Both the position numbers and the translations under genes were made by a program. Below are positions 16,294 through 18,517 of a DNA stretch of 18,517 nucleotides, piece after piece. The notes under the pieces were generated by a model. That model did not search any database. It saw only the letters and a list, made by a program, of their open reading frames with translations, and was not told where the DNA came from. The number at the start of each line of letters is the position of its first letter. Positions within the stretch are counted from its first letter, which is position 1. This DNA is from Candidatus Firestoneibacteriota bacterium (lineage in GTDB: Bacteria > Oederibacteriota > D2-FULL-39-29 > JBDRBU01), in the NCBI GenBank assembly GCA_043822305.1, contig JBDRBU010000106.1, positions 1 through 18,517 of the forward strand, read 5' to 3'.

Positions 16294-17097
16294 TTACTTT
16301 TTGTAATCTGACAATGATGCTTCACTAAAAAGTAAATCAACCATTTCCTGATTCATCGTTTTTAATCTTTTAGATAAAGTTCTAATAAATCCCAGGAGTA
16401 TTTTTATTACCAATTTATGATTACTTATCATCATTTTATTAAAATCATCAGCCGTTATTACAAAAAGAGAAGAATCAGTATGAGCCATAGCCCCGGCTGT
16501 TCTTTTACCCTCATCAAACAATGCCATTTCTCCAAAAAACTCCCCTTCTCTTATTAAGGCTAAAACTTCCTCATTGCTTTCTTCAATTTGCGATTTCTTT
16601 GTTATTTTAATTTTTCCAGAAATTACCGCATAAAAAGCATCCCCTTCAGAACCTTCTTCAAATATTACTTGATCTTCCTTAAAATTCACTTTTCTCCCTA
16701 TACTTTTCAAATAAAGTGCTTCATCATCGGCAAGACAAGAAAAGAGTTTTATTCTTTTTATAAAATAAATAGAGTTTGCTAAATTACTTATTTTTTCAAT
16801 ATTCTCCTGAGTCATATTTAAAAATTCAAGACCAAAAACGAACTTATCCTCAGCATCATTAACTCTCAAAATTTTCGTAGAAACATCTTCAATAACAATG
16901 TCATCGTGAATTTTAAATGAGAGAAGTAAATTTTTCCCTAAGGGTAAAAAAGAATCAAGTGAAATGGCAACACCTCCGGCACTAATATCTACAATATTGC
17001 CAACATATACTTTGTTTGTATTCTTTATGGTAACATTCATAGGAATGTTTAATCTTAATCTCTTATGCTTTCTTCTATTTTTCCATTCTTCTGACAT
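16294..17097 (-). CDS. PilZ + cyclic nucleotide-binding domain protein (paralog 1)
   Basis: NRRKHKR (RxxxR), DISAGG (DxSxxG), FGLEF; cNMP domain IFEEG..GDAFYAVISGKI...GEFFGEMALFDEGKRTAGA; GAGGAG RBS. Confidence 0.9.
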   Translation of the reverse strand: MSEEWKNRRKHKRLRLNIPMNVTIKNTNKVYVGNIVDISAGGVAISLDSFLPLGKNLLLSFKIHDDIVIEDVSTKILRVNDAEDKFVFGLEFLNMTQENIEKISNLANSIYFIKRIKLFSCLADDEALYLKSIGRKVNFKEDQVIFEEGSEGDAFYAVISGKIKITKKSQIEESNEEVLALIREGEFFGEMALFDEGKRTAGAMAHTDSSLFVITADDFNKMMISNHKLVIKILLGFIRTLSKRLKTMNQEMVDLLFSEASLSDYKK

Positions 17098-17639
17098 GTT
17101 TTTTCATCTCCTCTTAAATAGTTTAAAAGTTCTTCTACTCTGGGTAAATCCACCAAACTCTTTAAACCAAAATATCGTAAAAATTCTTGTGTTGTCCCAT
17201 AAAGTAACGGTCGGCCAATACACTCTTTTCTTCCCTTAATAGCAATTAAATTTCTCTCTAAAAGAGTCTCTAAAACACCTTCCGTACTAACTCCCCTAAT
17301 ACCTTCAATCTCAAGCCTGGTCACAGGTTGTTTATATGATACTATGGCTAATGTTTCTAATGCTGCTTTCGACAATCTGGTTACAATTCTTGCTTTATAT
17401 AATCTTTTTATCCAAACTGCAAACTGTGGTTTTGTAACAATTTGAAATCCTTCTGCTATTTCCACAATACTAAAAGGTCTACCTAAAGTCTCATATTCAA
17501 TTTGTAGCTCTGCCAGAAGTTTTCTAGCAACTTCCTCATCAAATTCTTCCAATACTTCGTTTATCCTCTTTACTGAAAGTGGTTTACCTGAGACAAAAAG
17601 CAAACATTCTATTATATCCTTTTTAAAAGATAAATCCAT
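17055..17639 (-). CDS. scpB: SMC-Scp complex subunit ScpB
   Basis: IECLLFVSGKPL, LSKAALETLAIVSYKQPVTRLEIEGIRGV, GRPLLYGTTQEFLRYFGL. Confidence 0.96.
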   Translation of the reverse strand: MDLSFKKDIIECLLFVSGKPLSVKRINEVLEEFDEEVARKLLAELQIEYETLGRPFSIVEIAEGFQIVTKPQFAVWIKRLYKARIVTRLSKAALETLAIVSYKQPVTRLEIEGIRGVSTEGVLETLLERNLIAIKGRKECIGRPLLYGTTQEFLRYFGLKSLVDLPRVEELLNYLRGDEKTCQKNGKIEESIRD

Positions 17640-17642
17640 ATA

Positions 17643-18308
17643 TTACTTCCTAAGTATATAAATTTCATGGGTTGTCATACTTTGTTTACAAATAATCAAT
17701 CCTAATTTTATCAACTCTAATATGGCTAAAAATGTTGTTATCACATGCTCCTTGGACAATTGTTTTTTTAAAAAATCTATAAATTGAATTTTTTCCTGCA
17801 AATCTAAAACATCTAAAATTTCGTTAATTTTCTGTTTAACTGTTACGCCTTCTCTGGCCATATTTACAACTTCATCCTTGGGCAGATACGCTAAAACACT
17901 TTTAAAAGCAAAGAGTAAATCATACAAAGTTGCTTCTTTAAATTCTTTCTCAACAAATTCAGAGAAGTCTTCCTCTTTATAAAAAAAGTCTCTTTGTTTT
18001 ATCTCCTTCGTTTCTAATTCCTTAGACACTTCTTTAAATTTCCTGTACTCTTGAAGTAATTTCTCCATATCTACATTTTCCTCAGTAGATTTAGTATCTT
18101 CAACATTAGGTAATAAAGATTCTGATTTTAAATATATCAAGTTTGCCATATATAATATAAATTCACTACCTTCATCTATATTGGTGAGCTCAAATCCTTT
18201 AACTATATCTAAAACTGTTACTTGACTCACATCAATCTCTTCTTCTTTAATTAAATCAAGAAGTATTTCAAAAGGTCCTTCATATTTTTTTGAAACTACA
18301 TTATACAT
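17643..18308 (-). CDS. scpA: segregation and condensation protein A (kleisin)
   Basis: YEGPFEILLDLI, EFILYMANLIYLKSESLLP, TFLAILELIK; directly upstream of scpB. Confidence 0.92.
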   Translation of the reverse strand: MYNVVSKKYEGPFEILLDLIKEEEIDVSQVTVLDIVKGFELTNIDEGSEFILYMANLIYLKSESLLPNVEDTKSTEENVDMEKLLQEYRKFKEVSKELETKEIKQRDFFYKEEDFSEFVEKEFKEATLYDLLFAFKSVLAYLPKDEVVNMAREGVTVKQKINEILDVLDLQEKIQFIDFLKKQLSKEHVITTFLAILELIKLGLIICKQSMTTHEIYILRK

Positions 18309-18330
18309 AACATACTCCGTTATAAGTATT

Positions 18331-18506
18331 CAGTGAACGCCGTTATTTTACATTACTTACCACCAAACACAACAATACTGGTTCTTCAGGTTTGATTGTA
18401 GAAAATTTATTTAATATTTCTACCTTTGCCTGAAGCCTCCTTTAATTTGAATTTATCCTAATTTAAGGTTAGGATATTGACCTTTTTACAGTTCAATTCT
18501 TCACTG
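18331..18506. ncRNA. candidate structured RNA (~176-nt fold-back, 6S-like size)
   Basis: Terminal stem CAGTGAA/TTCACTG, inner stems CTTCAGG/CCTGAAG and GTAGAAA/TTTCTAC, side hairpin TATCCTAA/TTAGGATA. No family motif could be confirmed. Confidence 0.25.
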
Positions 18507-18517
18507 TGTATTTTATC

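Noticed and set aside
16275..16340. Longer start for the second PilZ-cNMP gene
   Set aside because: It overlaps paralog 1. AGGAGG before ATG 16274 and alignment with the paralog support the shorter start.
18331..18517. T-box, glycine or c-di-GMP riboswitch upstream of scpA
   Set aside because: Only fragments match (TTGGTGGTAA; TCAGGCAAAG). The remaining conserved motifs and stems of these families are missing.
1..18517. CRISPR array or rRNA
   Set aside because: No regularly spaced direct repeats with spacers and no rRNA-like segment were seen.

Overview
AT-rich bacterial chromosomal window with essentially all genes on the minus strand. In transcription order (right to left): scpA-scpB; two tandem paralogous PilZ+cNMP-binding proteins; a pheA whose prephenate dehydratase domain has a large in-frame internal deletion; an amidohydrolase; aroQ; a 1049-aa protein with two O-antigen-ligase (Wzy_C-like) modules plus TPRs; a GT2; a WecA/TagO-like transferase; tRNA-His; a GYD protein; a membrane HAMP-GAF-GGDEF diguanylate cyclase with three small palindromic repeats in its leader; a Panacea (DUF4065) antitoxin with a PemK/MazF-like partner and a zinc-ribbon membrane protein; tRNA-Leu; RNase R; a small DUF2934 gene missed by the ORF track; a repeat-rich spacer; and a decaying arsenic operon (arsR intact, acr3 and arsC deleted, fused and frameshifted, arsP possibly clipped). 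The most notable signals are the tandem dual second-messenger receptors, the double O-ligase protein and the lobe-deleted PheA. All calls are from motif recognition by eye; no database searches were run.
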